DNA of 64,000 nt from an uncultured Bacilli bacterium (GCA_934140155.1 CAKPBC010000008.1:1-64000), one strand, 5' to 3'. Positions 31,570 through 41,421 are shown, counted from the first letter of the stretch. Notes: generated by a model from the letters alone, not told the origin. Program-made: numbers and translations.

Positions 31570-32131
31570 TATATTTGTTTTTTAAATCCACTAAACGATC
31601 ACTAATAAATACGCTTATCGCAAGTTTAGCTAAATCAAATGGAATATAAGGAGCAATAAATAAAGAGAATAATTTAGAAAGCGTATAACCTTTATCATTG
31701 ACTTCATTAAGAATAATATAGCCATGAAGATAGCCCACCGCATATAAAACAACAAGAGAAATTAATCCACCAATAATATAACCAATAAAGCGATATTTTT
31801 TCGTATGTTTTTCCGTTATTTTATTTGCAATAAATTGAATTATGGCCACAAAATAGAACCCATATACAAAGCCGAATGTTGGCATTGTTACATATGCAAA
31901 TCCTGATCCCCAAGAAGCAAATACAGGAATACCAATAAGTCCCATAATAATATAGCAACTTATAATAATTAATGAGTTCTTTAAACTACAAATGCTTGTA
32001 ATAATAAATACTACAAGCAATTGTAATGTAAAAGTTGTTAAACCAACTTTAAGAGATATTTGAGCACTAACAATTAATAATGCTAATAAAATAGCGTTTA
32101 AACATATTTCTTTTAATACTTTACTACGCAT
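31535..32131 (-). CDS. bioY: Biotin transporter BioY (ECF S-component)
   Basis: 198 aa, 6 TM, adjacent to birA. Confidence 0.75.
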   Translation of the reverse strand: MRSKVLKEICLNAILLALLIVSAQISLKVGLTTFTLQLLVVFIITSICSLKNSLIIISCYIIMGLIGIPVFASWGSGFAYVTMPTFGFVYGFYFVAIIQFIANKITEKHTKKYRFIGYIIGGLISLVVLYAVGYLHGYIILNEVNDKGYTLSKLFSLFIAPYIPFDLAKLAISVFISDRLVDLKNKYIETHPYEEKDS

Positions 32132-32137
32132 AATAAA

Positions 32138-33319
32138 CTAGCCAATCATAGAAAGTAAGATACCCGCTGCAACAGCACTACCAATAACACCAGCAACGTT
32201 TGGTCCCATTGCGTGCATTAATAAGAAGTTTTCTGGATCTTCTTCTTGTCCAATCTTATGAACAACACGAGCTGCCATTGGAACAGCAGATACACCAGCT
32301 GCACCAATCATTGGATTAACTTTTCCTTTAGTCGCCTTACACATTATCTTACCACCAAGTAATCCACCAATTGCAGCAATTACGAAGGCAGTAATACCTA
32401 ATACGAAGATCATTAATGTTTTAGCTTGTAAGAATGTTGTACCGATTGCGGTAGCACCAACAGATAATCCTAATAAGATTGTACAAATGTAAAGTAAAGC
32501 ATTCGCGGCAGTATGTACTAAGTTTGGTACAACACCTGATTCTTTAATTAAGTTACCAAACATTAAGCAACCAATTAAAGGTGTACAAGATGGGACAATT
32601 ACACAACATACAACTGTTGCGATAATTGGGAATAAAATTCTTTGTAATTTTGTAGCTTGTTTTGTTTCTTCCATACGAATTTGACGTTCTTTTTTAGTTG
32701 TGAAAGCCTTGATAATAGGTGGGAAGATAACTGGAACTAAAGCCATATAAGAATAAGCAGCAAGAGCAATACCCGCTGTTAAATCAGGGCTAGCAAGTTT
32801 ATTAGAAACTAAGATAGCGGTTGGGCCATCCGCGCCACCAATAATACCAATACCAGCAGCATCACCAACAGTGAACTTTAATGCTTCAATACCTGTTTGA
32901 GCTAAGGCAAGAGCACCAAAGAATGCTGCAAATATACCTAATTGAGCTGCTGCACCAAGTAACATAGTCTTTTTGTTTGTGATTAACGGTCCAAAATCGG
33001 TTGTTGCGCCAATACCGATAAAGATCAAGCAAGGATATAATTCATGTTCAACACCTATATGCAATGTGCCCAATAACCCACGACTGATAATTTTACCAGT
33101 AGCGTCTTTTGTAACATAAATATCAGGATAAATGTTAACTAAGATAATACCAATAGCAATAGGGATTAATAAGTAAGGTTCATATCCTTTTTTAATAGCT
33201 AAGTATAAAAATACACAGCCAATCACAATCATAATTAGATTCATCCAGCCGTCTCCTTTAAAGAAAGAAACAATGCCAGTTTCATTTAAGAATCTAACGA
33301 TTAAATCAATTATGTTCAT
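32138..33319 (-). CDS. oadB: Na+-translocating decarboxylase beta subunit (OadB/GcdB/MmdB family)
   Basis: 393 aa polytopic, conserved family motifs. Confidence 0.8.
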   Translation of the reverse strand: MNIIDLIVRFLNETGIVSFFKGDGWMNLIMIVIGCVFLYLAIKKGYEPYLLIPIAIGIILVNIYPDIYVTKDATGKIISRGLLGTLHIGVEHELYPCLIFIGIGATTDFGPLITNKKTMLLGAAAQLGIFAAFFGALALAQTGIEALKFTVGDAAGIGIIGGADGPTAILVSNKLASPDLTAGIALAAYSYMALVPVIFPPIIKAFTTKKERQIRMEETKQATKLQRILFPIIATVVCCVIVPSCTPLIGCLMFGNLIKESGVVPNLVHTAANALLYICTILLGLSVGATAIGTTFLQAKTLMIFVLGITAFVIAAIGGLLGGKIMCKATKGKVNPMIGAAGVSAVPMAARVVHKIGQEEDPENFLLMHAMGPNVAGVIGSAVAAGILLSMIG

Positions 33320-33320
33320 A

Positions 33321-33668
33321 TTATCCGATTACGATAAGAACTTGTTTGTTAGATACCATGGCGCCTTTACTAACTTTGATTTCTTTAACAGTTCCTGAAA
33401 CAGATGCTAATACTTCATTTTCAAGTTTCATAGCTTCAATAATACAAACTACGTCACCTTTATTAACTTTTTGTCCGACACTAACTTTAACATCTAACAC
33501 TTTACCACTAATTGGAGCATTGATAGTTGTGCCTTCAGCAGGTGCAGCAGTATTAGCTACTGGAGCAGGTTGAGCAGCATCACTAACAACATGTCCTTGA
33601 GATTCTTCAACTGCTTCTAATTCAACTTCATAAACTTTTCCGTTAACTTTAACTTTATACTTTTTCAT
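33321..33668 (-). CDS. Biotin carboxyl carrier subunit of the decarboxylase
   Basis: Ala/Pro linker and biotinyl-lysine motif EAMKLE. Confidence 0.8.
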   Translation of the reverse strand: MKKYKVKVNGKVYEVELEAVEESQGHVVSDAAQPAPVANTAAPAEGTTINAPISGKVLDVKVSVGQKVNKGDVVCIIEAMKLENEVLASVSGTVKEIKVSKGAMVSNKQVLIVIG

Positions 33669-33688
33669 AATTTAAAATCCTTTCCTTA

Positions 33689-34042
33689 TTAAAGTTGTTT
33701 TACATTAACAACACGAACATCTTTTTTCACTTCATTACGATAGTCGATTGTGGCCACTAAGACCGCGGCCATCATATCATCATCTGTAATGACTACTTCT
33801 TTTGGTTCATTAGAAGTAACTTGTGGAGCATTTTCGACTACTTTATCAGCTTTCTTTTTATCAAATAATGAAATAGCTTTGAATACTAATTCGGTTATTC
33901 CAATAAAGATAAGTAAAATGGCAAATACCATTACAATAGCAACAAGTGAGAAAATTGCGCCATCACCTAAATTCATTGTATCGCCTTTATCAATCATTGG
34001 TCCAGCTGATGTACCAACATCAGTTAATATTTTTAAAAACAT
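33689..34042 (-). CDS. oadG: Decarboxylase gamma/delta-type small membrane-anchored subunit (OadG-like)
   Basis: 117 aa, single TM, position within operon. Confidence 0.5.
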   Translation of the reverse strand: MFLKILTDVGTSAGPMIDKGDTMNLGDGAIFSLVAIVMVFAILLIFIGITELVFKAISLFDKKKADKVVENAPQVTSNEPKEVVITDDDMMAAVLVATIDYRNEVKKDVRVVNVKQL

Positions 34043-34045
34043 AAA

Positions 34046-35434
34046 TTATTTACCTCCTAAGATAACATTGAATTCTTCGACTTCTTCCACTGGTTCTGGA
34101 TGATATTTCTTAGTTAAGAATTCAGTTGCTACTTTTTCAAATAAAGCAAGAGATAAAACATCTTCATCGCACTTAGCAATATCTTTATATTTTTCTTTAA
34201 GTGCTTCAAATTCAGGTTCTAATAAGTCAGCAGGACGACAAGTAATAACTTCATCATCGCCAATTATCTTATGTTGAACTTCTGGATTAACTGGTGCAGG
34301 TGCTTTACCATACTTACCATGTAAATAATCACGGATTTCATTTGGAACCATTTTATATCTTTCGCCAGTAATGACATTAAATACAGCTTGAGTACCAACC
34401 ATTTGTGATAAAGGAGTAACTAAAGGTGGATATCCTAAGTCCTTACGAACATTAGGTACTTCTTTTAATACTTCTTCATATTTATCCTCGGCACCTTGAC
34501 CTTTTAATTGGTTCATTAAGTTAGAAAGCATACCACCAGGTACTTGATAAGTTAAGATGTTTGGATTTACTGATAATGCTTTTGGATTTAATAAGCCATT
34601 TGCTAAATATTTAGCTTTAATCTTTTCCATTATTGGTTCTGCTCTATGAAGAGCGTCAACATTTAAATTTGGATCATATTTTGTACCTTTAAACGCAACA
34701 TTGAATGCTTGTGTTGAAGGTTGAGCTGTTCCACCACATAAAGGAGCTAAACATGTATCGATAATGTCAACACCAGCTTCAATCGCTGCCTTATAAGTCA
34801 TTTCACAAATTCCACCAGTACAGTGAGAGTGTAATTCGATTGGTAATGTTGTACCTTTCTTTAATGCTTTAATTAACTTTTTAGCATCTTCTGGAGTTAA
34901 TACACCAGCCATATCTTTAATACATAAAGAATCAGCGCCTAATTTTTCAACTTCTTTAGCTAAGTTCACATAATATTCAATTGTGTGAATTGGAGAAGTT
35001 GTATAACTTAAAGCAATTTGACATTCTCCACCATATTTTTTAGTAGATTTAACCGCTTGTTCAAGGTTCCTAATATCATTTAATGCATCGAACACACGAA
35101 TAATATCAATACCATTTTCTATGGATTTTTTACAAAACATATCCACTACATCATCAGAATAGTGACGATATCCTAATATGTTTTGTCCTCTAAACAACAT
35201 TTGTAGTTTAGTTTTCTTACATACGGCACGGACTTTTCTAAGTCTTTCCCACGGATCTTCGTTAAGGAATCTAAGGCAAGCATCAAATGTTGCTCCGCCC
35301 CATACTTCTAATGCATAATAACCTGCATCATCAAGTTCCTTGGCTACTGAGATAACTTCATCAGTAGTCATACGTGTGGCAAATAAAGATTGATGTCCAT
35401 CTCGTAAGGATGTTTCTACAATTTTAACACCCAT
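34046..35434 (-). CDS. oadA: Oxaloacetate decarboxylase alpha-type carboxyltransferase subunit (5S/PycB-like, without biotinyl domain)
   Basis: HMGL-like TIM barrel, ETSLRDGHQS motif. Confidence 0.8.
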   Translation of the reverse strand: MGVKIVETSLRDGHQSLFATRMTTDEVISVAKELDDAGYYALEVWGGATFDACLRFLNEDPWERLRKVRAVCKKTKLQMLFRGQNILGYRHYSDDVVDMFCKKSIENGIDIIRVFDALNDIRNLEQAVKSTKKYGGECQIALSYTTSPIHTIEYYVNLAKEVEKLGADSLCIKDMAGVLTPEDAKKLIKALKKGTTLPIELHSHCTGGICEMTYKAAIEAGVDIIDTCLAPLCGGTAQPSTQAFNVAFKGTKYDPNLNVDALHRAEPIMEKIKAKYLANGLLNPKALSVNPNILTYQVPGGMLSNLMNQLKGQGAEDKYEEVLKEVPNVRKDLGYPPLVTPLSQMVGTQAVFNVITGERYKMVPNEIRDYLHGKYGKAPAPVNPEVQHKIIGDDEVITCRPADLLEPEFEALKEKYKDIAKCDEDVLSLALFEKVATEFLTKKYHPEPVEEVEEFNVILGGK

Positions 35435-35683
35435 AATTTACCTCCTAATAATTTGATTTTTTCCTAAAAATCATTTATTATCAATATATGTTTTTAGGAT
35501 ATGATTTTAGGCAATCAAAAAACCCAAAATCAGATTCATTATATAATATCTTAATTATATAAACAATAATTTTGCCGAATTATTATTTTTGGTAGCGTTT
35601 TCATTTTATAAGTGCTTATTTATAAATAAAAACGCTCCTAGATTCTTACTAGAAGCAAATTTGATTAATTATATAATTAGTGT

Positions 35684-35929
35684 TTATTCTTCTTTAAATC
35701 CATTTAGTTTTAACCCATCAAGCAAATACATTAAAACATTTCTAGGCAAATACGTTGGCAATGTTTCATTTCCTGTTCCATCATCATGATAAGAATCAAT
35801 ATCAAATTCTCCAACATGATTAGAAAAAGCAAATGTTTTCTTTTCAATATCAATAAAAAGCATATCAAAAAATTCTTCGTTTTCATTCACTTCATCAGTA
35901 TAATAATTTGCATATTTAATTTTACGCAT
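35684..35929 (-). CDS. Hypothetical protein (start trimmed to Met with AAGGGAG RBS)
   Basis: ORF with good RBS; no recognisable family. Confidence 0.4.
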   Translation of the reverse strand: MRKIKYANYYTDEVNENEEFFDMLFIDIEKKTFAFSNHVGEFDIDSYHDDGTGNETLPTYLPRNVLMYLLDGLKLNGFKEE

Positions 35930-35994
35930 ATAAAACCACTCCCTTGTAACTTCAATAAGTATAGCTAAAAAATTAGATAAAATCACTATTTTTT

Positions 35995-36024
35995 CAATTG
36001 ATTTTCCAAAAAATATGTTATAAT
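35995..36024 (+). promoter_or_regulatory. Putative extended -10 promoter (TGtTATAAT) of HAD hydrolase gene
   Basis: TTGATT/TTCAAT -35 candidates and TGTTATAAT. Confidence 0.4.
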
Positions 36025-36045
36025 CACCAAGTGAGGTTAATTATT

Positions 36046-36771
36046 ATGTTAAAAGCAGTTTTATTTGATTTAGATGGTACATTATTGCCAATGGACGAAC
36101 AAGAATTCACCAAAGGTTACTTTGGATTATTATGTCGTCGTTTAGCGCCCCTAGGCTATGACAAAGATTTATTAATCAAAACAGTATGGGAAGGCACTAA
36201 ACTCATGCTCAAAAATGATGGATCAAAAACTAATGAAGCAGTATTTTGGAATCACTTTGCTTCAATTTATGGAAAAGACAAATTAAAAGATAAAGATGAA
36301 ATTGATAACTTCTATCTAACCGATTTTAAAAATTCAAAAGTTATGACTAAGGATAACCCATACGCTAAAGAGATTATCGATTTTATAAGAAGTTTAGGAT
36401 TAAAAACGATTATCGCTTCTAATCCAGTATTTCCAAAAGACGGAATGCTTACTAGAATGGGATTTATTAATTTAAAAGAGTCTGATTTTGATTATATAAC
36501 AAGTTATGAAGTATCACACTTTTGTAAACCAAATACTAAATATTATGAAGAAGTATTAGAGAAAAATAATTTAAAGCCAGATGAAGTAATATATTTTTGT
36601 AATAATGAAAGTGATGATTATATTCCTGCAACTAAATGTAATATTACTTCTTATTATATTGGGGATTGTATAATGCCTCTATCTAAAGAAAGTAAAATAC
36701 ATGCATATAAATATGAAGAAGTTAAAGATATAATTCTTAAAGAAATTAGTAAAAGACAATCTAATGATTAG
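36046..36771 (+). CDS. HAD-family hydrolase (start at MLKAVLFDLDGTL)
   Basis: DxDGT motif I at N-terminus, RBS GTGAGG. Confidence 0.75.
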   Translation: MLKAVLFDLDGTLLPMDEQEFTKGYFGLLCRRLAPLGYDKDLLIKTVWEGTKLMLKNDGSKTNEAVFWNHFASIYGKDKLKDKDEIDNFYLTDFKNSKVMTKDNPYAKEIIDFIRSLGLKTIIASNPVFPKDGMLTRMGFINLKESDFDYITSYEVSHFCKPNTKYYEEVLEKNNLKPDEVIYFCNNESDDYIPATKCNITSYYIGDCIMPLSKESKIHAYKYEEVKDIILKEISKRQSND

Positions 36772-36906
36772 TTGCTTTTACTAATTAAATATGTTTCGCA
36801 CAAAAATATTTAATTTTAGTGGTAGCGTTTATTTTACACATGTATTCAAACAATTTGAAAAAGTTTAAAAAATACGATAAAATGCTCATATAAGGAGGAT
36901 TAAAAA

Positions 36907-37113
36907 ATGGCTGAAGCAAAAGAATTAATTGGAAAAAAAGTCAAAGGCGCTAGAGGGGAAGGAACAATTGTCGATATTGATGTTAAAGGTAATATCGTTG
37001 TCGATTATAGCGGAAAGAAATTTAAACACCCTAGTGTTGCTCTTGAAAAAGGTCTTATCAAATTAGTTGATGAAAATGCACCTGTTGAAGAAGTAAAGGA
37101 AAAAGCCGAATAA
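36907..37113 (+). CDS. Small hypothetical protein (68 aa)
   Basis: Strong RBS AAGGAGG; followed by terminator. Confidence 0.5.
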   Translation: MAEAKELIGKKVKGARGEGTIVDIDVKGNIVVDYSGKKFKHPSVALEKGLIKLVDENAPVEEVKEKAE

Positions 37114-37149
37114 TTTTTTTCTAAAAAACATTATAAATTATAAAAATAA

Positions 37150-37185
37150 ATTCCGGTTTAGCATTAAGCCGGTTTTTATTAGGCT
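37150..37185 (+). terminator. Rho-independent terminator
   Basis: CCGGTTTA-GCAT-TAAGCCGG followed by T5. Confidence 0.7.
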
Positions 37186-37417
37186 AATTTATGTTTTTTC
37201 CAAAAAACAAAAAAAATCATTGACTCATACACCTTAGTTGTGTAGAATAATAACGCATATTTATGCAGCATGTAAATACTGCTCGTCTGACGTTTTGCAA
37301 GTTCTGTTTAAAGTAACCACGCTGAAAGGTGAAATAATTAAGCAAAACATCCGGAGTTAGGGATTTGCACCTATTGCTTTATTTATGCAAATAATAAAGG
37401 AAAAGGAGGAAAAATCA

Positions 37418-38026
37418 ATGTCAAGATACACAGGACCAAGTTGGAAAAAATCACGTCGCTTAGGTTTCTCTATTTTAGAAACTGGTGTTGAATTAAAGAA
37501 ACGTAATTATGCTCCTGGTAAAGCACCTACAGAAAAGAGAAAGAAACTCACTGAATACGGTAAACAATTAGTTGAAAAACAAAAATTACGTGAAATGTAT
37601 GGTGTTAATGAACGTCAATTTACACGTTTATTTATGTTAGCTTCTAATTCTAAAGAAGTTACAGGTTTAGCATTTATGCGTATCTTAGAATCTCGTTTAG
37701 ATAACTTAGTTTATCGTATGGGATTTGCTCGTACACGTCGTGCTGCTCGTCAATTAGTAAACCACGGACATATTTTAGTCAATGGTAAGAAAGTTGATAT
37801 TCCATCATACTTATGCTCTGTCAACGATGTCATTGCTGTTAAAGAATCATCAAGAAACTTAAAAGTTATTGCTGAATCTCTTGAATCTAACGCTATAGTA
37901 GTTCCTTACGTTAAAGTTGATGCTGAAAAGAAAGAAGGCATCTTCTTACGTGAACCAGAACGTAGAGAATTAGCTCAAGATATCCAAGAAGCTCAAATCG
38001 TTGAATACTACAACCGTAAATTATAA
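37418..38026 (+). CDS. rpsD: 30S ribosomal protein S4 (start at [11 protein letters not shown])
   Basis: Canonical S4 N-terminus, RBS AAGGAGG. Confidence 0.9.
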   Translation: MSRYTGPSWKKSRRLGFSILETGVELKKRNYAPGKAPTEKRKKLTEYGKQLVEKQKLREMYGVNERQFTRLFMLASNSKEVTGLAFMRILESRLDNLVYRMGFARTRRAARQLVNHGHILVNGKKVDIPSYLCSVNDVIAVKESSRNLKVIAESLESNAIVVPYVKVDAEKKEGIFLREPERRELAQDIQEAQIVEYYNRKL

Positions 38027-38054
38027 TTTTACTCTTGTACTACTAAGATGCTTA

Positions 38055-38085
38055 AAAGCCACTCAGTCATGGGTGGCTTTTTTAG
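38055..38085 (+). terminator. Terminator after rpsD
   Basis: AGCCAC-TCAGTCATGG-GTGGCT followed by T6. Confidence 0.7.
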
Positions 38086-38089
38086 TCGT

Positions 38090-38117
38090 TAAAAAACTGC
38101 TTTAGTATGTAAAGCAG
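38090..38117 (-). terminator. Terminator after WYL regulator gene
   Basis: CTGCTTT-AGTATGT-AAAGCAG with A6 on plus (U-run on minus). Confidence 0.6.
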
Positions 38118-38124
38118 TCATATG

Positions 38125-39075
38125 TTATTTATTCGAATTTGCAATAATTTTTAAGGCGGCTTCTTTTACTTCTTCTTTAAGCCATTCCGGTTCAAGAACT
38201 TCACAATTACCTCTATAATACAATATAAATCCAATCATACGCGGTTTATAACTCATATCAAGTTCAATAATTGTATATTCTTTAACTGCTTCAACAATTT
38301 TTTGATTTTTGCCATAAACTTGAAGTTTAGCATAAATAGCATCTAATCCATAAAATTTTAATTTGACATGATAATACTGTGTATTGCCTAGCATGCCAAA
38401 TTGATCAAGATAATCATGTTCATTATAATACAAATCTTTTACAAATTTTTTATCTAATACAGTCATTTTAACAATTCTACAAAAATCAAAGAAGCGATAA
38501 TCATGAACTCTTTCACAAAAGCCATGAACAAACCATCTATGATTATACATAAAAATTTTATAAGGAAGAATATTACGTCCGCGCACTTCATTATCACTTG
38601 ATATGTAATCAATATAAACTTTTTTTTGTTCTTTGATAGCTTGTTCAAATTCAACATATATTTTATTAATTGCTTCAACTGACATAAACATGGAAAAGCC
38701 ATCAAGTTGAGTTACTTCATTGTATTGTTGATTTGTTAAGTCAATTCTAGAAAATATTTTTGCCATTCCCTGAATAAATTCTTTTCTTTTTGGGAATGTT
38801 GTTCGATTAGCAATATAAGAATATGCTCCTAAAATACTATCTTTTTCTTCGGGTAGCAATTGGATTGAAGGCAATACATTCTTAGAATCAAGTGTATATC
38901 CTCCATATCTTCCTGGAACAGAATTAATATAAAAACCTGCTTCTTCTAATTCCTTACGATATTCAATAATATTTCTTTCGTTAGTGTCAAGTAAAGCCGC
39001 TAATTCGGAGATTTTATATGGTTTGCCCGAATTAAGAATTTGTAACATTTGAATACACATTGCTGCTTTTCCCAT
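38125..39075 (-). CDS. HTH-WYL-WCX transcriptional regulator (BrxR/CapW/PafBC-like); start trimmed to MGKAAM
   Basis: N-terminal wHTH (ISELAALLDTNERNIIEYRKELEEAGF), central WYL domain, C-terminal WCX; RBS AAGGGG. Confidence 0.65.
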   Translation of the reverse strand: MGKAAMCIQMLQILNSGKPYKISELAALLDTNERNIIEYRKELEEAGFYINSVPGRYGGYTLDSKNVLPSIQLLPEEKDSILGAYSYIANRTTFPKRKEFIQGMAKIFSRIDLTNQQYNEVTQLDGFSMFMSVEAINKIYVEFEQAIKEQKKVYIDYISSDNEVRGRNILPYKIFMYNHRWFVHGFCERVHDYRFFDFCRIVKMTVLDKKFVKDLYYNEHDYLDQFGMLGNTQYYHVKLKFYGLDAIYAKLQVYGKNQKIVEAVKEYTIIELDMSYKPRMIGFILYYRGNCEVLEPEWLKEEVKEAALKIIANSNK

Positions 39076-39089
39076 AAACATACCCCTTG

Positions 39090-39602
39090 TTACTTTAAGA
39101 TAAGAAAAGCAAACATAATGATTACTACAATTAGTAATACTATAATAATGTATTCTTTTATATCTTTTTCTTTTTTGTGACAAGTATTTTGTGGCATTTT
39201 TGTCTCTTCAATGTGGGAAAAACTTTTATTTTGTGGTTGTGTTTCTTCTACAATATTTTTTTCATTATTTTCAATACTTAAAAGATTATCTAAACTATGT
39301 TGAACCTTATCAACCATTTTATTTACTTCATTAATCGCTTCTTCATCAAAATCGCCATAATAATAAGCATCATCATAAACAATATCTTTAATATCATCTA
39401 AAGTATCATTTAATATTTTAAAATCCTCTTCAAAAAGCATTTTATCTTTAACATTTAAGCCATCAAATACTTCTTCCAAATCTTCTAATAGATTTGATAA
39501 TTCTACATACGTTTGTTCATCTAATTTGTTGCTTCTACTTAACAAACTATTAATCGAATGAATATATCTATAAAACTTTTTCTTTTTGTTTGTCATGTCC
39601 AT
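39090..39602 (-). CDS. Acidic coiled-coil protein with C-terminal tail-anchor TM
   Basis: D/E-rich, C-terminal IIIVLLIVVIIMFAFLIL hydrophobic anchor. Confidence 0.45.
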   Translation of the reverse strand: MDMTNKKKKFYRYIHSINSLLSRSNKLDEQTYVELSNLLEDLEEVFDGLNVKDKMLFEEDFKILNDTLDDIKDIVYDDAYYYGDFDEEAINEVNKMVDKVQHSLDNLLSIENNEKNIVEETQPQNKSFSHIEETKMPQNTCHKKEKDIKEYIIIVLLIVVIIMFAFLILK

Positions 39603-40206
39603 ACTTGATTTCATCCTTTGATTTAATATATTCTACGTCATCATTAACATTATTCATCATCATGAGTGGGTATCCAATATTTCTTCCATAACTCGCAGCA
39701 TGGTCTAAACATTTTAAAACCATTTCTCTAGCATCTAAATCCTCGTTTCTTATTTCTTGGTATTTTATAATTAATTGTGTTTTACCAATTCCAATACAAA
39801 CCATTTCACTAGATTCTAGTACTCTTCCATATTCATCTATGAGAAAGAGTTTGGTTAATGTAGTTATAATAATCGTGCATTTAATTTCATATCCATAATC
39901 AAATTCATCATAAGTATCGCTTGATTTTCTACAATTTTTAAAAATTTTCGGAATTACTCTATTTATTAAGTAATTATATGAAATATCTTCTTTACCATCT
40001 AATAAATTAGGAATATTTTTTATTACTTGTCCGCAATTGGCATCTCCTGATGTTGCTATAAAGCAATGTTTGGATCCTAAAATACGCTTGATTTTCCAAC
40101 TTTCTTGGCAATTACATAAATGTTCAATATCAGTCCCAGAAGTTCTTACCCCATCAGCACCAATAAATATTTCGTTATTTTTCTTAATTGCAATTATCGC
40201 TGTCAT
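39568..40206 (-). CDS. HslV-like Ntn-hydrolase proteasome subunit homolog (catalytic Thr1 retained)
   Basis: MTAIIAIKKNNEIFIGADGVRTSG aligns gap-free with HslV residues 1-23 (Thr1, Asp17-Gly18, Thr21, Gly23); KIKRI (Lys33 region); GIGKT (GSGG region). Confidence 0.65.
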   Translation of the reverse strand: MTAIIAIKKNNEIFIGADGVRTSGTDIEHLCNCQESWKIKRILGSKHCFIATSGDANCGQVIKNIPNLLDGKEDISYNYLINRVIPKIFKNCRKSSDTYDEFDYGYEIKCTIIITTLTKLFLIDEYGRVLESSEMVCIGIGKTQLIIKYQEIRNEDLDAREMVLKCLDHAASYGRNIGYPLMMMNNVNDDVEYIKSKDEIKYGHDKQKEKVL

Positions 40207-40224
40207 AAATGTTAGTTCCTTTCA

Positions 40225-40803
40225 TTAAAATAATAAAAGTTTATTAATATAATATTTAATTTTATAATCTTTAGTATTAAGTGTAATAAAGCCAATAATG
40301 TTATTGTCTCCATAAATGACCTTTTTTTGAGTCATTACAGAAAGTAAAAATCTTTCATCATGTACATCGACACTATTTTCTTTTGCTATTAATATATCAA
40401 AATCACTAGCATCAGATACCCCTTTGGTTATTTCCCCCATATATTCAAAATCAACAATTTGATATATTTTTCCTTCTGATATAACAAATAAACTGCAACA
40501 TTTTGGACAAACACTATAATTTGATTTAGCTATTAATTGTTTAGCTTTAGGAATAAAAATATCTCTTAAATATTTAAAATCTATATGTTCGTTTTTATTA
40601 AATAAGTTGGGATTGGCAAATAATATTTGTCCTTGTCTTGCACTGCAACAATTTATAACAATTACCTTGCCATATTTATTATTTAAAATTCGTATTTGAA
40701 GATTATTTTTTTCTTTTAAATCATAACAAAGCGAAGAATAATTTGTTAATTGCTGTGCAATGTATATTGTATCGTTTTCTTTATAAACAATTGCTTCTGT
40801 CAT
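40225..40803 (-). CDS. HslV-like paralog 2 (Thr1 present, Asp17/Gly18 replaced)
   Basis: MTEAIVYKENDTIYIAQQ; shared NPNLF..FIPK block with paralog 1. Confidence 0.5.
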   Translation of the reverse strand: MTEAIVYKENDTIYIAQQLTNYSSLCYDLKEKNNLQIRILNNKYGKVIVINCCSARQGQILFANPNLFNKNEHIDFKYLRDIFIPKAKQLIAKSNYSVCPKCCSLFVISEGKIYQIVDFEYMGEITKGVSDASDFDILIAKENSVDVHDERFLLSVMTQKKVIYGDNNIIGFITLNTKDYKIKYYINKLLLF

Positions 40804-41421
40804 TTAAAGTTCCTCCCAACACGAAGATATTTTTGTTGTTTCTATGCTTCCATCTTCATTAAATATTAGTAATTCATTTGTATTAGATTTATATACAATA
40901 AAAGGATAACTTGATTCAGATAACAAATTATTTGTTTCTTTAAATATCATTTTTAACATATCGATGCCACTTAACTTTTTATCATAGGCTTTTTGAACTT
41001 TAAATATATAATAATTTTCTCCTGAGGCATTAAGCCCCCATACCAAATCAACACAATTAGCACCTATATCATAAATTCTCTTTCCATCCATAATCATCAT
41101 TTCAAATGTTGTATCCACTATGGCACTAGATTCAAATGTGGCTGCATCATTGTTCACTATAAAATCTAGATATTTGGGATAAAATTCCTTAAGCATAAAC
41201 TCTTTTGTTAGTGGACTAGGAAAATTATTAGGATTAATTTCATTAACAAATTTATAAAATAGTTTATATTCACCAACATAAGCAATTACAATATTTTTAA
41301 ATTTTTGTATTTTAGCTTGTCTACTATTAATATCATGTATTTTGCTACTAGATATGATTTTTAATGTATCCGCTACTAAATAACTCTCATTACCACATTT
41401 ATACCCAATTATAAATCCCAT
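40804..41421 (-). CDS. HslV-like paralog 3 (Thr1 replaced by Gly; likely non-catalytic)
   Basis: MGFIIGYKCGNESYLVADT aligns with paralog 1 N-terminus; Asp17 retained. Confidence 0.5.
   Translation of the reverse strand: MGFIIGYKCGNESYLVADTLKIISSSKIHDINSRQAKIQKFKNIVIAYVGEYKLFYKFVNEINPNNFPSPLTKEFMLKEFYPKYLDFIVNNDAATFESSAIVDTTFEMMIMDGKRIYDIGANCVDLVWGLNASGENYYIFKVQKAYDKKLSGIDMLKMIFKETNNLLSESSYPFIVYKSNTNELLIFNEDGSIETTKISSCWEEL

Noticed and set aside
33346-34103. Plus-strand ORFs opposite biotin carrier and gamma subunit
   Set aside because: Antisense; Ala/Thr-rich translation caused by GC-skewed linker
35589-35968. Plus ORFs in the 35.6-36.0 kb region
   Set aside because: Overlap the better-supported minus-strand 81-aa gene and the promoter region; no RBS
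38463-38705. 80-aa minus ORF nested in WYL regulator gene in another frame
   Set aside because: Same-strand alternative frame inside a domain-complete CDS
40037-40228. 63-aa plus ORF opposite HslV-like gene
   Set aside because: Antisense shadow
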